Shown: in pieces, positions 50,201 to 64,000 of the stretch
How the letters are laid out: each line of letters starts with the position of its first letter
Numbering within the stretch: position 1 is the first letter of the stretch
Notes under the pieces: generated by a model
Told to the model about the DNA's origin: nothing
Seen by the model: the letters and a program-made list of their open reading frames with translations, nothing else
Databases searched by the model: none
Source: Chiloscyllium plagiosum
Taxonomy: Eukaryota
NCBI RefSeq assembly: GCF_004010195.1
Contig: NC_057718.1
Coordinates: forward strand, 35,354,161-35,418,160
DNA length: 64,000 nucleotides
Direction of reading: 5' to 3'
Position numbers and translations under genes: made by a program

Positions 50201-53200
50201 ACAATAGGGGGACCTGGCATTGGGAGTTGGGCAGGTGGTACATTCCTGGCCCTTGCTGAATCCCTTCAACATTCACCTGCCCCAACCCCCCACCCAAGCA
50301 AATCCCCTACCGCTGTTACTTGCCTCCACTCTGGGTCACTCGGTGATCTCTACTACCTGATTGGCTCATGATTTAACTGGCCTCATCCAGTAGGGGCATC
50401 GAGAGTCTCCTGTCGGATTTAGCCCCAGCCAGTAGGCAAAACTCCCATCATTCCCTCAGGAGTCGGTCCATAATGTCATGAGTGTTAATTGAACATTCTC
50501 TTTCTGGACTTCAAATCCAGTTATTGTTTCTGGAAAGCTCAGAGTGGGAAGGATTTTACAGGGTGTGGGATGCTGGGTTGTGGAGGCATGTTAGGAGGGC
50601 TTCCTAATACAGTTCCACTGTTGGAGACATTTTAGCAGAGGGACCAGATGCCAAGAGGAGGAACTAAAGTACCTGTTATGGGGATTTTCCCAACTAGGAG
50701 ATCCTCAGGTCTTTTCCCTGTGTGGACAGTTCCCCAGTTTCAGAGGGGTGACCACTCTGGGGTGTGGGATGATTGGAGTTGGAGTCTCCATGCCCTGTGA
50801 AGAGGGCCTTGGGCAAGGAAAACCATGGCCCCCATACCCCACAGACAAGCCAGGGAACCTGCCTGCTTGGTCTCACTGAATGTAAATATTTTGCCATGCT
50901 TCTCTGAGGCTGCCTCCAAACAGAAGCACCTTCCTGAACCCCAAGCCACCTTAGCAGTACCCATCGCTCTAGGTGGAATTGCCAGCTCTCTGATTGGGAG
51001 CATCTGTTAAAAGTCCTGACCCACAGAAGGACATGGAATTGGTTCGTGCTAGTGGTGCAAAACAGACAGTGAATGTTTTCGCTTGTGTCGCAAGTTAAAA
51101 CAGATTGTCAATCAACTATGAGCCCGTTTTATGTTACCAACACAGAACAATTGCTCCTTAGAAGCCACCTTCTTTAGGCACAGAGGTAACTGGACATTCT
51201 CAATGAGCTAATACATTGAGCATTTAAACCATTCAGCTGTGACATCCAAGTCAATTCTGCTCCACATACATATACCACATTCCAACAACATTTGCTGCAT
51301 ATGAACATACATACGTTCATATGTAGCAAATGTTGTTGGAATGCAATCACTAACACTAACTCAGGATAACTAAGGCCCATTTCAATACTCCTCGTGCCAC
51401 CTCAATTGAGATCAGTTAATTCAGCACAAACCCAGAGTTTAAATGTACTGCACGAAGTTCCCTATTGAGTTCAGCAGCATCGATATACTCACTTACAGAG
51501 ACTGAAAACAGGCCATTTGGCCCAAACACTGTTTCCATTCTGCATGAACCTCCTCCCATTGTGCTTATTTCATCTCACTCTATCAACGTTTTGTTTTCTC
51601 TGCATTGCTTCCACTTTAAAAATGTCACCATGCAATCATATCTGACTTGGCACACTGGTTTGCCAACTGAGGGATAAACTCATGTGGTGTACGGCATAGG
51701 AAAATACCTGCTAAATGCCAAGATTTTAAGTTTTAATGATCTGCTCTTTCGCAAACGATCATCCATTTTAAAGCATCTCTCAAAGCTACTTAGATTCTGT
51801 TCTCTGGATCGGGGCTTGAACACACCACCTTTAGAAGTGAGAATGCTATTCGTGAGTTAAAGTTGACACCTATCACTTCAGCCACCTCCAAATACCACAA
51901 ACTGCACTTGACTTGACACCCACCCCACACAAATAACATGAGGTTTGTCACTTTAATTTTTCCCCATTGTATGGAGGTCAATTATAATCTTGCAAATTAT
52001 TCTGAACAAGGAGTTAAAAAGCAACGTGAATTATGAACCTCAATTACTGCTTTGAAAAACAGCCTGGCCCTGAATGTTTGAAACAAAATGGCAACACAGT
52101 TAATGATATAACTTGAAACTAAGTATCTTTTGATATAGTGGAGTTGAATTGTAGGCAACTTTTCAATGGCAGGAGCTTTTGTAAAATGATTTTCTGCCTG
52201 TGCCCAGTTGAGCCAATTGATGGCTCAATTCAGAGATGCTTCATGCCCCACTCTAACCACTTCTCAACAGGTTCCTGGGTTTGGGGTGGGGGTCCTCTTT
52301 GATGGAACTCCATGATTCAAAAAGGGACCCCAACAACTATGGCTCCTGTCCTAACTTAATGCTCAAGGTGCTCCCACGATAAATACCACCAACTCACCCT
52401 CTTCCCCATCTCTGGACTCTCTCTGTCGGACCTTCCCATTAGTTCGAGAACACCCCAATGTCCTGAAGCTGCAGCAATGGCTACATCTAAAAGTGGAGGT
52501 GGTGCTAAGATTATTGAGCAGTTGACCGAGCTGGTAGCTCTTGGGAGCAGTCTTGAACAGCCGCGCTGGCAGTGGTCTGGTAGCTGGGCACCAGTGGCAA
52601 AATGCCATTTCAGACTCCGTCAAAAACATTTATCCCAATTAGTCAATTATGGAAATTACACTAAACACCTTGTTGTAATATATTTCTTTTTTTGAAGTTC
52701 TCACCAAAACCCGATAAGTGGAATATCACAAATTATTTCATTTACTTTGGTGATTTCTGGCATTTTCTCAGGAATGCTTTAAGACTCACTGTTAGAGTGA
52801 TTCCAATATTTTGTGTTACTTAGTAGGAAGTGGTTCATTCCAGTAATTCCCCACATAATTCTTGATCTCACAGAGAGGTAAAGGCCATTTCATCAGGGGA
52901 AAAGGATCAGCCTCTTGGGAGAAAAGAAAGCCACCACATAGTACAACATGTACTGTCCAGTTAAAAGTAACACTGGCAACGTCGTGAAGGTCATTGGGCC
53001 TGTGTCAGCTGGAGATTGCATATGATGTAAGGAAACCACAGAGGAAGGAGTCAAAATTAATACCTTTAAAAATAACACATCAAAAAGTACACTGTTCAGA
53101 CTATCCAACATATCAAGTTAATTGGGTTTCAGTCGATTAGGGTAACTGCAAATACCACCTGCTTGTATCGAGGAGATAAATATCTATCAGTGAAGGATTT

Positions 53201-53346
53201 GTGAAACCACGACAAAAGAAGCAAAGAGCAATTGTTCAAATTATAATCATTTACAAGAGAAATCTGTCATTCTCTATATTGTATATCTCTATGACTCTTT
53301 GACTTTGAGCAACTTGTATTCCAGCCTCAAAACGAATCCAGTGTAA

Positions 53347-53685
53347 CACAATGGCTCAGTGATTAGCACAGCTGCCTCACAGTGTCAAGGGTTCCAGGTT
53401 TGATTCCAGCTTCGGGCGACAGTCTGTGTGGAGTTTGCACATTCTCCTTGTATCTGCATCAGTTTCCTCTGGGTGCTCTGGTTTCCTCTCACAGTCCAAA
53501 GATGTGCAGGCTATGTGGATTGGCTGTGCCAAAAATGTATGCAGTGTTCAGGGATGTACAGGCTAGGTGGATTAGCCGTGGTAAATGTGGGGTGGATTGG
53601 GTGGTGGATCTGGGTGAGACACTCTTCAGAGGGCTGGTGTGGACTTGTTGGGCTGAATGGCCTGTTTCCACACTGTAGGGATTCT
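53347..53685 (+). mobile_element. HE1-like V-SINE
   Basis: A and B boxes, V-domain and ccacactgtagggattct end. Confidence 0.88.
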
Positions 53686-54134
53686 TTGATGAATCGTATC
53701 CATAAGTGAAGGGGTCTGGAAAACTGAAGGTGTTTATGCTGTTGAAAGAGTGAGAAGATGGAACAAATAGTAAGAATGCCCAGAGCAGGCTGAGTGGATG
53801 ATTGCTTTGCGAACCACACCCATTCATTTCTCAAGAATGACCTCATTATTCCAATCATTTACTATTTCAATAGATTATCTTGCTCTTGTGCAAACATATC
53901 TGTCCAACTGCAGTATTGTTCCAGTGAAGTCCAACACAAACTGATGGCCTCATTTTCTGCTTCAGCACTTCACAGCCGTCAGGACTCAACATTGTGTTCA
54001 ACAACTTCAGGCCATGAACTTTGATCACAATCCCCCCACCCCATATCTTGCTTGTATCATGTTGCTCTCAGCAAAGTTGACCTATTTTCTCCTCATAGAC
54101 CCATCATTAATACTCATTGTTCATCCTTTCCTTG

Positions 54135-54505
54135 AGAAGTTTATAAAATAATGAGAGGTATAGATAAATTTGATGGTAGTTGTCTTTTCCCTAAGATGAG
54201 TAATTTCAAGACTAGGGAGTACATTTTTAAGGTGAGAGGAGAAACATTTAAAAAAGACATAAGAGGCAATTTTTTTACACAGAGGATGGTTGGCATGCAG
54301 GATGAACTTCCTGAGGAAGGAGTGGATGTGGGTACAATTACAATGTTTAAAAGACATTTGGATGGATACATAATAGGAAAGGTTTGGAGGGATATGGACC
54401 AGGAGCAGGCGGGTGGGACTAGTTTAGTTTAGGATTAGGTTCAGCATGGACTGGGTTGGACCAAAGAGTCTCTTTCTGTGCTGTATGGCTCTATGACACT
54501 ATGAC
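54135..54505 (+). mobile_element. CR1 3' end
   Basis: MRGIDK...FKVRGETFKKDIRGNFFTQR, ending in a (ctatga)n tail. Confidence 0.88.
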
Positions 54506-54849
54506 AGAACTATAAAATAATACAATATTGAAAGAGGCCATTTGCCCCAATTCATCTGTGCCAACTCTTTGAATGAGTTTTCCCAATTTGACCCACTTCC
54601 CAGCTCTGACCTATAGTTCTGCAATTAATGTCCCTTCCGGTATTCGTTCCATGACTGAATTGGCTTGTAACCCTTAAAGACAGTACCTTCCAGATGACAA
54701 CAACTTGCTGCATAAAAAAATTATTGTGGACTTATTCTGTTGCCTATCATCTGAAATCTTTGTCCTCTGGAAATATTTAGCCTCTAGCCAGAATCCTTCC
54801 AACGACAGACATCCTGGCCCCACCAGTTGCTATTACTAATGGTGGAGAT

Positions 54850-55119
54850 AGAATCCTTACTATGCTGAAAGAGGTCATTTGGCCCATCAAGCCACACTCT
54901 CCCTCAAAAAGCATCCCATCTGGACCCAAATCATCCCTGTAAGCCCACATTTCCCATGGCCAACCTACCTAACCTGCACATCTTTGGACAGTGGGAAGAA
55001 TCCAGAACAACTGGTGGAAGCCACAGAGAGAACATGCAAACTCTACACAGACAGGACCCAACTCTGGAATCAAACCCAGGTTCCTGGTGCTGTGAGGCAG
55101 CAGTGCTAATCACTGCACC
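54850..55119 (-). mobile_element. Degraded HE1-like V-SINE
   Basis: Reverse-complement similarity to the other copies. Confidence 0.78.
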
Positions 55120-55394
55120 AATATCATTTTCATCATCAGTGAGGTTTGCAGTTGTGTTGGATTTAATTGAAGCTTGTTGACTTGTTTTATTTATTTTTGA
55201 TTTTGATTTATTTTTTCTTTGACCTGCTACAGCCATTACAATGATGATGCTTCCTGCAAACGGGCAATGTGATAAATTCCAGGAAATTAACTCAGTGACA
55301 AAGAAGCAATGGCCATATTTACGCAAGCTATTAATTTTGCCAAAACAGAAGTAGGCAGAACAGAGTGCTTCACCTGCAAGTTAGGGGTTGAAGG

Positions 55395-58100
55395 CAAGTA
55401 CAATAAAATAAATGGGTGCCTTGAATCTGCATATAGATTGGGTAAGTCAAATCAATAACAATACCATACAGGAGGGATTCCTGAAGTATTTACAGAATGG
55501 TTTTCTGGACCAATATGTTCAGAAACCAACAATAGGAAAGGTCATCCAAGACTGGGCATTGTGTAATAAGAAAGGAATAATTAGCAATTTAGCTGTGTGA
55601 GGCTCTTTGGGGAAGAGTGACCATAGTATGACAGAATTCTTCATCAAGATGGAAAGGAATGTAATTGATTCTGAGACTAGGGTCCTGAATCTAAATAGAA
55701 GAAATGATGATGGCATGAGGCATGAGTTGCTTATGATAGATTGTTACTTAAAGGAATGAGAGTGGAAAGGCAATGGCAAACATTCAAACAGCGTATGGGT
55801 GATCTGCAACAATTGTTCATTCCTGCCTGGTACAAAAATAAAATAGGGGGAAGGCAGCTAAAACATGGAAGTTAGAAGGGGTATTATATCAAAGGAAGAG
55901 GCATACAAATGGCCAGAAGAAACAATCGACCTGGGGAGTTTTGAATTCAACAAAGTAGGACATAGGAATTGATTAAGGTAGAGAAAATAGAGTACGAGAA
56001 GAGGGGAACGTAAAGACTGACAATATGTTTCTATAGGTATGCGAAGAGAAAAGATTGATTAAGCCAAATGTAGATACCTTACTGTCAGAAACAGGGGAAT
56101 TTACAATGAGAACTGAAGAAATGGCTGACCAATTAAGTACATACTTTGGTTCTGTGTTCACAAAGAACAGCAAAAATAACATCCCAAGAATGTTGGGGGA
56201 CACAGCAATAGTGAGAGGGAGGAACTGAGGAATATTAGTCTTCACAGAGAAATGGTGTTGGAGAAATTGATGAGATTGGAGGCCGTTAAATTCCAGAGCT
56301 TGATAATCCCAGAGTACTTCAGGAAGTGTCCTAGAAACAATGGATGCACGAGTTGTCATCTTCCAAGATTCATTGGATTCTAGATCAGTTCCTACAGGTT
56401 GAAGGATAGTTAATGAAACACCTCTATTTAAAAAGGGAGCCAGAGAAAACTGGGAATTTTCAACCAGTCAACCTGACATCAGAAGTGCAGAAAATGCTAG
56501 AATCCATTATAAAAGATTTAATAGCAGAGCACTTGGTAAACAGTGACAGGAATGAATAGAGTGAGTATTGACAAAAGGAAAATCAAGTATGACAAAACCA
56601 CTAGAATTCTTTGAAGACGTGACCAGTAGAGTTCATGAAGAGGAGCTGGTAGGTATGATTTATTTGAATTTTCAGGAGGCCTTTCACAAAGTCCCACATA
56701 TTAGATAAATTTAAAGCAAATAGAATTGAGGGGAGTATATTGAAATGGGCAAAGAAGTGGTTGGCAGACAGGAAACAAAGAGTAGGAGCAAACAGGTTTT
56801 TAGTTTCCTAATGGCAAGCAGTGACTAGTGGAATATTACAGGGATCAGTAAGAGGACCCAAACTATTCACGATATATATTAATGATTTGGATGAGGGAAC
56901 TAAGTGTAATATCTCCAAATTTGCAAACGACACAAAGCTGGCTTGGAAAGTGAGCTGTGAGGAGGATGCAGAGATGTTGCAGTGTGGTTGAGTGTAGTAA
57001 AATAGGTTAAAATAGCCTTTATTGTCAAGTGCATTCAAACGAGTGCAGTAGGAAGTTTGGAATGTCGCCTCTCTAAGCCATCTTAGGTACAAGGTACCTA
57101 GGTACAAATACTTTAAGTGTTGCTATAGAATTGAAATTGTAAAAATAAAGGAGACTAGCACGGGAATACAGAATGAGTCCAGAATGAGAATAAAAAGTAT
57201 CTACAATGTGGATAAATGTGAAGTTATTATCTATGGGATCAAAAAGGAAAAGGCAGAATATTATTGGAATGGCTATAAATTGAGAGAGATGAATGTGCAA
57301 TGAGAATCTGGGTGTCCTTGTACACCAGTCACTGAAAGTAAACATGCAGGTGCACCAGGCATTGAAGAAGGCAAATGGTGTGTTGACTTTCATAGTGAGA
57401 GCACTCAAGTACAGGAAAAGGGATGACTTGCTGCAATTATACAGGGCTTTGATGAGACCACAACTGAAATATTGTATGCAGTTCTGTTCTCCTTAGCTGA
57501 GGAAGAATGTTCTTGCTGTAGAGGGACTGCAGCAAAGGTTTACCAGTCTGACTCCAAGGATGGAGGGTTTGATGTTTGAGAAGAGACTTGGATTGGTTAG
57601 GATTAGAAAGTTCAAAAAAAAGAGGGGAGGATCTCAGAAATATGTAAGTTCTAACCAGACTAGATAGGTTAGCAGCAAAGTTTTGCTGCTCGTCGGATGC
57701 TGCCTGAATTGCTGTGCTCTTCCAGCACCACTGATCCAGAATCTGGTTTCCAGCACCTGCAGTCATTGTTTTTACCAGGATGTTCCCAATAGCAGGGGAA
57801 TCCAGAACTAGGGGTCACAGCTAAGGAGGCAGGGTAACCCATTTAGGATTTAGATGAGGAGAAATTTCTTCACCCAGAGAATGGTGAGCCTGTGAAATTC
57901 ATTACCACAGAAAGTAGCTGAGGCCAAAACATTGTATCATTTTAAGAAAGAATTGGATGTAACATTTGGGTCTAAAGAGGATCAAATGATGTTGGAGAAA
58001 ACAGAACAAGCTACTGAGTTGGATAATCAGCCAATATCATAATGAATGGCCGAGCAGGCTCGAAATAGCCTACTCCATCTCCTATTTTCTGTTTCTACAT
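55395..58100 (+). mobile_element. Long degraded CR1 ORF2 (endonuclease, RT, 3' UTR) with insertions at about 56990-57195 and 57680-57776
   Basis: FLDQYV..PT, LG.SDH, tccaaatttgcaaacgacacaaagctg (KFA.DTKL), LYRAL.RPQL.YC.QF.SP and a 3' end at about 58095. Confidence 0.88.
57680..57776 (+). mobile_element. PLE terminal-repeat fragment lacking the HHR core
   Basis: Matches the sequence downstream of the GUC triplet in the other copies. Confidence 0.8.
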
Positions 58101-58401
58101 TCAATTGGTGGTTGTTCAGTACTAGTGTGCACATACACAGACCAAATTATTGACATGTGTCTCAGCGTTAATCAGAATAGTTGTTTGACAGCTTGACAGA
58201 AGCTCTTCAGGTGCATGCTCAGTATGCCCATGCTCACACCTTTCACAACATGGGTGTCATGGTGTTGCTTAAAAATGGCAAGAGCACAGCCTGCCTTTGG
58301 GGCTTCCTCAGTACTGTCCTACATTTTGCTGTCACGATGTTGCAAACAGGAAAACGTTTCAAATAACGTTTCGGTATCTTGTGAATAATACAGTCTGAAG
58401 T

Positions 58402-58631
58402 TATAGTAAAGGGCGACCCCCATATCTGCAGGTCCGGTTACCATGATTACAGTTACCCGCAGCTTACCGCAACCCGAAACATATTATAGGGAATGTTCCA
58501 GAACCAGGGACAGGACGCTACTGGGAAGGTATATTTCCCATTTAAATGAATGGGTTCACACCTATCCACGGTTTCAGGTTTCCGTGATAGGACTTGGAAT
58601 GTATCCCCTGCGGGTGGGGGGAACTACTATA
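58402..58631. mobile_element. Tc1/mariner (pogo/Tigger-like) MITE
   Basis: Imperfect terminal inverted repeats tatagta...ccccatatctgcagg and cttggaatgtatcccctgcgggtggggggaactactata, with TA at both ends. Confidence 0.6.
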
Positions 58632-59096
58632 TGTCATCAACGGAGAAGGAGGATATTGAAGCTAGGGCACTAATGAAGCAAATACTATTTTCCTTTGCCT
58701 GTGAATCCACAAAGGAAAAATCAAATAAGTCAGAATTCTAACTTCTGTACCTCTCCATTAGTTCAGGCTGGGAATGCAAATGCATAAATATGGGAAGAGT
58801 ACAAGATGGAGTTTACTTATGATATCCCATGATTGAATGGCCTGCCAAATCTCACCTGGGCTAGTACAGGAAGTAAATTTGTCTACTTAGATCATATTTG
58901 GAGGGCAGCTAGTCTCAATGTAACTGTATTCAAGAGTTAATGTCTTCAGGGAAAGGAGGGAAAATATGAGAGGAAGGAATGCAAAGCTTAAAATGCTACA
59001 CATTTTTGTTTGAAAATAGAACGTATCAACATACGCCCAGCAGGAAAAGCCAATAAAGTCTGATTTGAAAATAAACATATTGGTTCTACTGAAGAT

Positions 59097-59440
59097 CTTT
59101 TATTTGTTCATGGATTGTGGGTGCCACTGGTGGGACAAACATTTATTGTCCATCCCTAATTGCCCAGAGAGCAGTTAAGAGTCAACCACATTGCTGTGAG
59201 TTTGGAGTCACATGTAGACCAAAACAAGAAAGGGTGGTAGATTTCTTTCCCAAGAGAGCTTGTATGAACCAGATGGGTTGTATGACAATTAATAGTGGTC
59301 ACATGATTACCATTAGACCATTTCTCCATTGTAGATTTGATTGAATTCAAATTTCACCACTTTCCTAGGTGGAATTTGAACACATATTCCCAGTATATTG
59401 ACTTGGGGTTCTGGATTGCTATTCTAGGGATATTACCGTG
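59097..59440 (-). mobile_element. Second tRNA-derived SINE family with a LINE-like tail
   Basis: Minus strand has a B-box-like tgttcaaattccac near the head and a 3' tail shared with 39775-40165. Confidence 0.6.
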
Positions 59441-61203
59441 ACACAACTTCCTCCTCTATTTGGAAATGTAAAAGATGAGTCAGAACAATGGGTCTTGTTC
59501 ACTGGTTTTTCTAGTTTCTCCTTCTGGGTTGTACACTACATTAAGCTCCTAGAAGGCAACAGCCCTACCTCAACATTACTGGTCAGAGATTTAGATTTGG
59601 ATCCCTCCACCACAGTTTCTACATCTATTTCAGGCACTCTGCAATGCTCACAATCCCATCTCAATGAAAATGTACTCTGTGAATCATAAAATAAAGAGTT
59701 ATGGACAATACTAAAACAACAGGTTGGATAAGAAAGCTTCACGTGAATTTTCAAAGAGGCATTTGTTATTTCTCCAGACCAGACCTAAAGTAAGACGTTT
59801 CTGACATTTTCAGGGCAAAGTCACAACTGCTTATCTAAAAATGTAGGTGGTGGACACAAACCTCTCCTATTCATTGATAAAGTAGGAACCAGTGAGAACA
59901 AAAGTAAGCATGGTCACTGCAAATAAAATGTTTATTAGTCCACCTGTATTTTTATACAGCCACGTTTCCTATTAAGGTTCTCAGGCAAATGGTTCACATT
60001 TGATACAGATCACAGCCAAGCCCTTGAAAAACAATTCATTACCCTGGACACACCTTACTCTTTATATACATAAAGCCTTTAGGGTGTCATACGTATTATA
60101 ATTAGTCAACTTTAACGACAGTTAAATGTTCTAGAAGACTGAGAAGGCAGCAAGTAAGAAAAACTGCCAGGGGATACATTGCATTTTCATCCACATTTGG
60201 AAATTACTGGCATGGAAATTCAGGGGTGGTTCTAAGTGGTTAAAAAATAATTTTCTTTCAAAAGTGCACATAAGTGTTGTTTATTTGCACTGCATGTTTT
60301 TGCAAAAAATTGTAAAATTGTACAAGGGGAGTGCAGCCAGAATTGGATACCAAATCTGACCACATGCTGTGTTGCACATTGCCTGAAGCAGTAAATATAC
60401 TTGTTTTTCAGCAGCTGTGCAGTACTGTTTCTTCACATTCTAGAGGCATCTCTACTATGTCTTTGCTAATGGAAGCATTCTGAGCTATTAACCCTGGTTC
60501 AGCATGCTCTAGAATCCTACTCAGTGTAGCCATATGATTTTGTTTGACAATATTGCCAAAACTTTAAAATGCAAAAAGATCAGCTAACAATCCAAACAGT
60601 CAATTGGTCATGCATACTTGTGAGTTCCAAACTCTCTTACAGTTTTCTGGAATCATCTGATTGTTGCTTCATTAACATGAACAAAAAAAAATGTAAATAG
60701 TAACAGGAAATTTTTTTGTGGAATCCCATAATTTCATAATTGCTACTGTTTATTATTTGGCATACATAATTTGTGGAGTCATTGTATATTTAGATCTCAA
60801 AACCTTTGTGGGAAAATATATTGGTACGTTGGGTTTCCTGGCACAGTTGTGAGAATAATGTGGGAAATATTGAGAAAGCTCATTTGGCCTTGGTTTGGTG
60901 GGTTTGGTTGTGTTTCAAAGGCTTAATGACAGCAATTAACATGGAAGATAAGTCAGGACACCATAGTGAAAGAGCATGGATCTCTCTCGGCCATTACTGG
61001 TTCCCCCAGCTTCACTAAAACAACTCCCACGCGAACACAACTGCTAGTCTGATTGCTCCTCCCTTTCTTAACATCAATTTCAGGTGCATCTTTTACCGCA
61101 TCATACAGGTATAAGGGCTGTTGTGTGCTACACTTCAATTTCTAGATCATTGGGTTTTGTGTATATTGACTAACATCCTTGCTAGGCTGAGTTGTTGCCT
61201 TTG

Positions 61204-61294
61204 GCAAAAGTGAGGACTGCAGATGCTGGAAATCAGAGTCTAGATTAGAGTGCTGCTGGAAAAGCACAGCAGGTCAGGCAGCATCCGAGGAGCA
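61204..61294 (-). mobile_element. PLE terminal-repeat fragment lacking the HHR core
   Basis: gtgaggactgcagatgctgg...gcagcatccgaggagca, as in the other copies. Confidence 0.82.
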
Positions 61295-63769
61295 CAACCT
61301 TCAGATTGGAGGTTACATTAAATTGTTTCTTGCTCACTTTTACTTATTTCCCTACCCTAAGAGAAACAAAAGAAGATGTTTGATTAACCATGAGGGACTT
61401 TGTCAAACACATCCAGGTGCCTTTACATCCTAATTGCATGTTTTCTTTTATTGTGTATTTATATTTCTCATTGCTTCCATGAGTTAAATGTTCTAAACGT
61501 AATTTGTTGAGGAAGTGTGCCAGGCTTTTCAGCTTACATTGCATTTTTAAACACAGTCAGATATGTAACTGGTTTTACCTTCACAAAAAGTTCCTAGTCC
61601 ACTGTTGCACTGCTTTTATACAGAACAAATTGTTCTCATGTTGAGCTTAAACAGAGCAAACCATCTCAAAATATGTGAATAACCTTTGAAGAGAAGAATC
61701 TCAGGAGTTTATATCTTTCAGATTTATCCAAACTTCTCTCCTCTTCTCCTGACCACACTGACTTCCTCTTGGAGTTATAAGATCCACAGGTGTAGTCATC
61801 TTCTGGTACACAATGGTGTTTTGATGTTGAGCCACTGCAGTACATTTCAGCAGTGTGTTGGTCGTGGAGGCTGCCACTGCTGGATGTGATCATGTTCTCA
61901 CTGATGTGTCTGTTTACTTCATGCAAACGTTGTTGTACAGTGCTTGGGAGCAGAAATCTTCACCAGTTACTGATCCCCTAGCCACTGTCAAACAAATGTA
62001 AGAAAAACAAAACTCTGAATGTGGTACTGACAATACCAAAGGCCATGGTTAACTGATTGTTGTATAATGTGCATATTCCTAAATGCATTTAAACATTTTG
62101 GACTATATTGGCAAAACAGATGTGATTTATAGTATTGAAAAACATGGAGTGGTGATGCAAGGAAGCATAGAATGGACAGCATTCAGCTCGGGAACACTGT
62201 ACTCAAAATTGCAGAGATGCCAGATTAAAGTAAGAAATGTTATGTTTTGCTTTAACAAGTTGCTAATCTAATAGTTGCACAGCTAAATTTTGCTGGATAG
62301 TTGCTTCCAAAGTCAGTACAGCAATATTCTGTGTCTGATTGCTTATGCACAGATGGGTTAACTGCTATAAGACTGCAACACATGCACAAACCGCAGCTGT
62401 GCCTCCACTTGTTATCTGCTTCATCACTTTGTGTAAATATAGTTTTCACGCATACTGAAGGACATTCTGTACCAAGAAACCCATGTCCAATCATACTCTC
62501 ACTTCTCTTCTTTAGTTTGCCAATTTTACTCTCCTGTTCTCCTGATATTTGTTGTGGGACAGATTCAGAGGCGGTTGGTTTGTTGTGTTTCATATAAGTA
62601 ATGACTGAGGTTTGACTGTACGGGATTATTTCAGAAAGGATCTGTTGAGGGTGTGTGGAATGTGGACATCATGAAGCCTGTGTTGAAGAACCGGGCAATA
62701 GTGCTCTCTCCAACCGATGCAGCACATCTCGTGAAGGTTTGATTTGGAATGCACCATAGAACATATTCCCCAACATGTAAACATACTATTCAGCTGCTCA
62801 GGGTGTACATCAAGGTTTACCTTGTTCACCCGGTGTTAGTGTACTCAGACTCACACCAGGAGCTTTTGGAGACCAATCTGGAACAGAAAACCAAGCTGAA
62901 AAGCCTCTTGTTGAGGCATTGGATGCTGTTTTTGTGCCCTGGCTGAGATCAGCTAATAGACCACAAAGTACTATTTGACCCTGCAACTGTTTTGATGTGT
63001 GATACTGAGCTTCACATTTGATAAAGAAGTCAAATAGTTTCAAAACCAGCCATCCCAGTCTCTTATTTCATTCAGGCAAGAATATTTGAAATAAATCTTG
63101 ACAGTGCACTGAATTCACTCTCTGTTCACACTTCGTCAGGACATTGCTTTGAATCCAACCCAGGCTCATGGGTTGAAAGGTCTTTTCTATCTTTATCTCT
63201 CTCTCCTTTTTGCTGTTCTTTTCTCAGAAGTAACATCTGTGGTAGGGATTTTTTGACACATTTCAACTGAAGATGAAATGAGTAAATATCATGGTAAAAA
63301 CAAGTAGAAGTCGAAATAGATTTCAGAAGGACACATCATGACTTTAATGGAAATTAACATCAGAAGACATATAAACCAAGTATATCAATATCATACAAAG
63401 TGAAACTTGCTCACACTAATTGAAAAACATTGGAAATTAAATGATTATTTTATAAATTTACAGTCCAATATGGAATTTTGTCAACTGATAGTGCATATTA
63501 ACAATTTAGACATGAACCTTACACTCTTTTCTTTACCCCACTACCTGAAGTAGATAGAAAATCTTCAGACGCTGTGTTCAAACGTTCAATTTACACTCCC
63601 AATGAGCAAAACTGCCTGCCAAGGTTTTAAGATTTACAAACTTGTCTAAATTTTCCAGAATTCCTTAGTGAGGTGTGTATAAAAAAATTGACATTTCAAA
63701 TTCCAAAATAAAGTTTACTGCTGGCTCCTTTCCTTCAGGCTTTCCTAGTCAGTCATGCTCAACAGTATT

Positions 63770-64000
63770 CAAATTGCTGACAGGGCTTGACATCGCAGAT
63801 GCAGGACAGATGTTTCCCAGGCTGGTGTGGTGTAGCACTGGAGAATGCAGTCTCAGAATAAGGGGTAGGTTATTTAAGACTGAAATGAGGAGGAACCTCT
63901 CAGAGAGATGGTAATCATTTGGGATTCCATACTCCAGAAGGTTTTGGAGACCAGTTACTGAATATACTCAAGTCAGGTATAGGAAGATTAAAGAGATCAA
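63770..64000 (+). mobile_element. CR1 ORF2 C-terminal fragment (runs off the window)
   Basis: FKLLTGLD..DAGQMFP...SLRIRGRLFKTEMRRN. Confidence 0.75.

Noticed and set aside
61700..62830. Further Gypsy integrase/gag relic on the minus strand
   Set aside because: Only vague resemblance; the motifs are too degraded to support a call.

Overview
Repeat-dominated, gene-poor eukaryotic DNA, most likely from an elasmobranch (shark/ray) genome. That assignment is inferred from HE1-like V-SINEs and abundant CR1-clade LINEs. I recognise no host protein-coding exon, and nearly all short ORFs in the track are transposon debris or chance ORFs. Contents: (1) many CR1-type LINE fragments, including a 329-aa reverse-transcriptase (RT) ORF at 6-995 and two long decayed copies (about 20.8-27.2 kb and 55.4-58.1 kb); (2) Penelope-like element (PLE) 3' ends with GIY-YIG endonuclease remnants; (3) about 14 copies of a minimal hammerhead-ribozyme (HHR) motif (CTGA(T/A)GA-A-stem II-GAAAC/TGTC), many in 100-210 bp non-coding mini-elements, several palindromic and flanked by 10-16 bp target-site duplications (TSDs); (4) six HE1-like SINEs; (5) a minus-strand cluster of fossil LTR-retrotransposon gag/protease segments at 40-46 kb that the ORF track misses; (6) fossil Harbinger transposase and Myb/SANT remnants; (7) a Tigger/pogo-like MITE, a (CA)n tract and two assembly gaps. 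The most notable signal is the TSD-flanked, ribozyme-bearing hairpin mini-element family. All family names come from motif recognition by eye, not from database searches.
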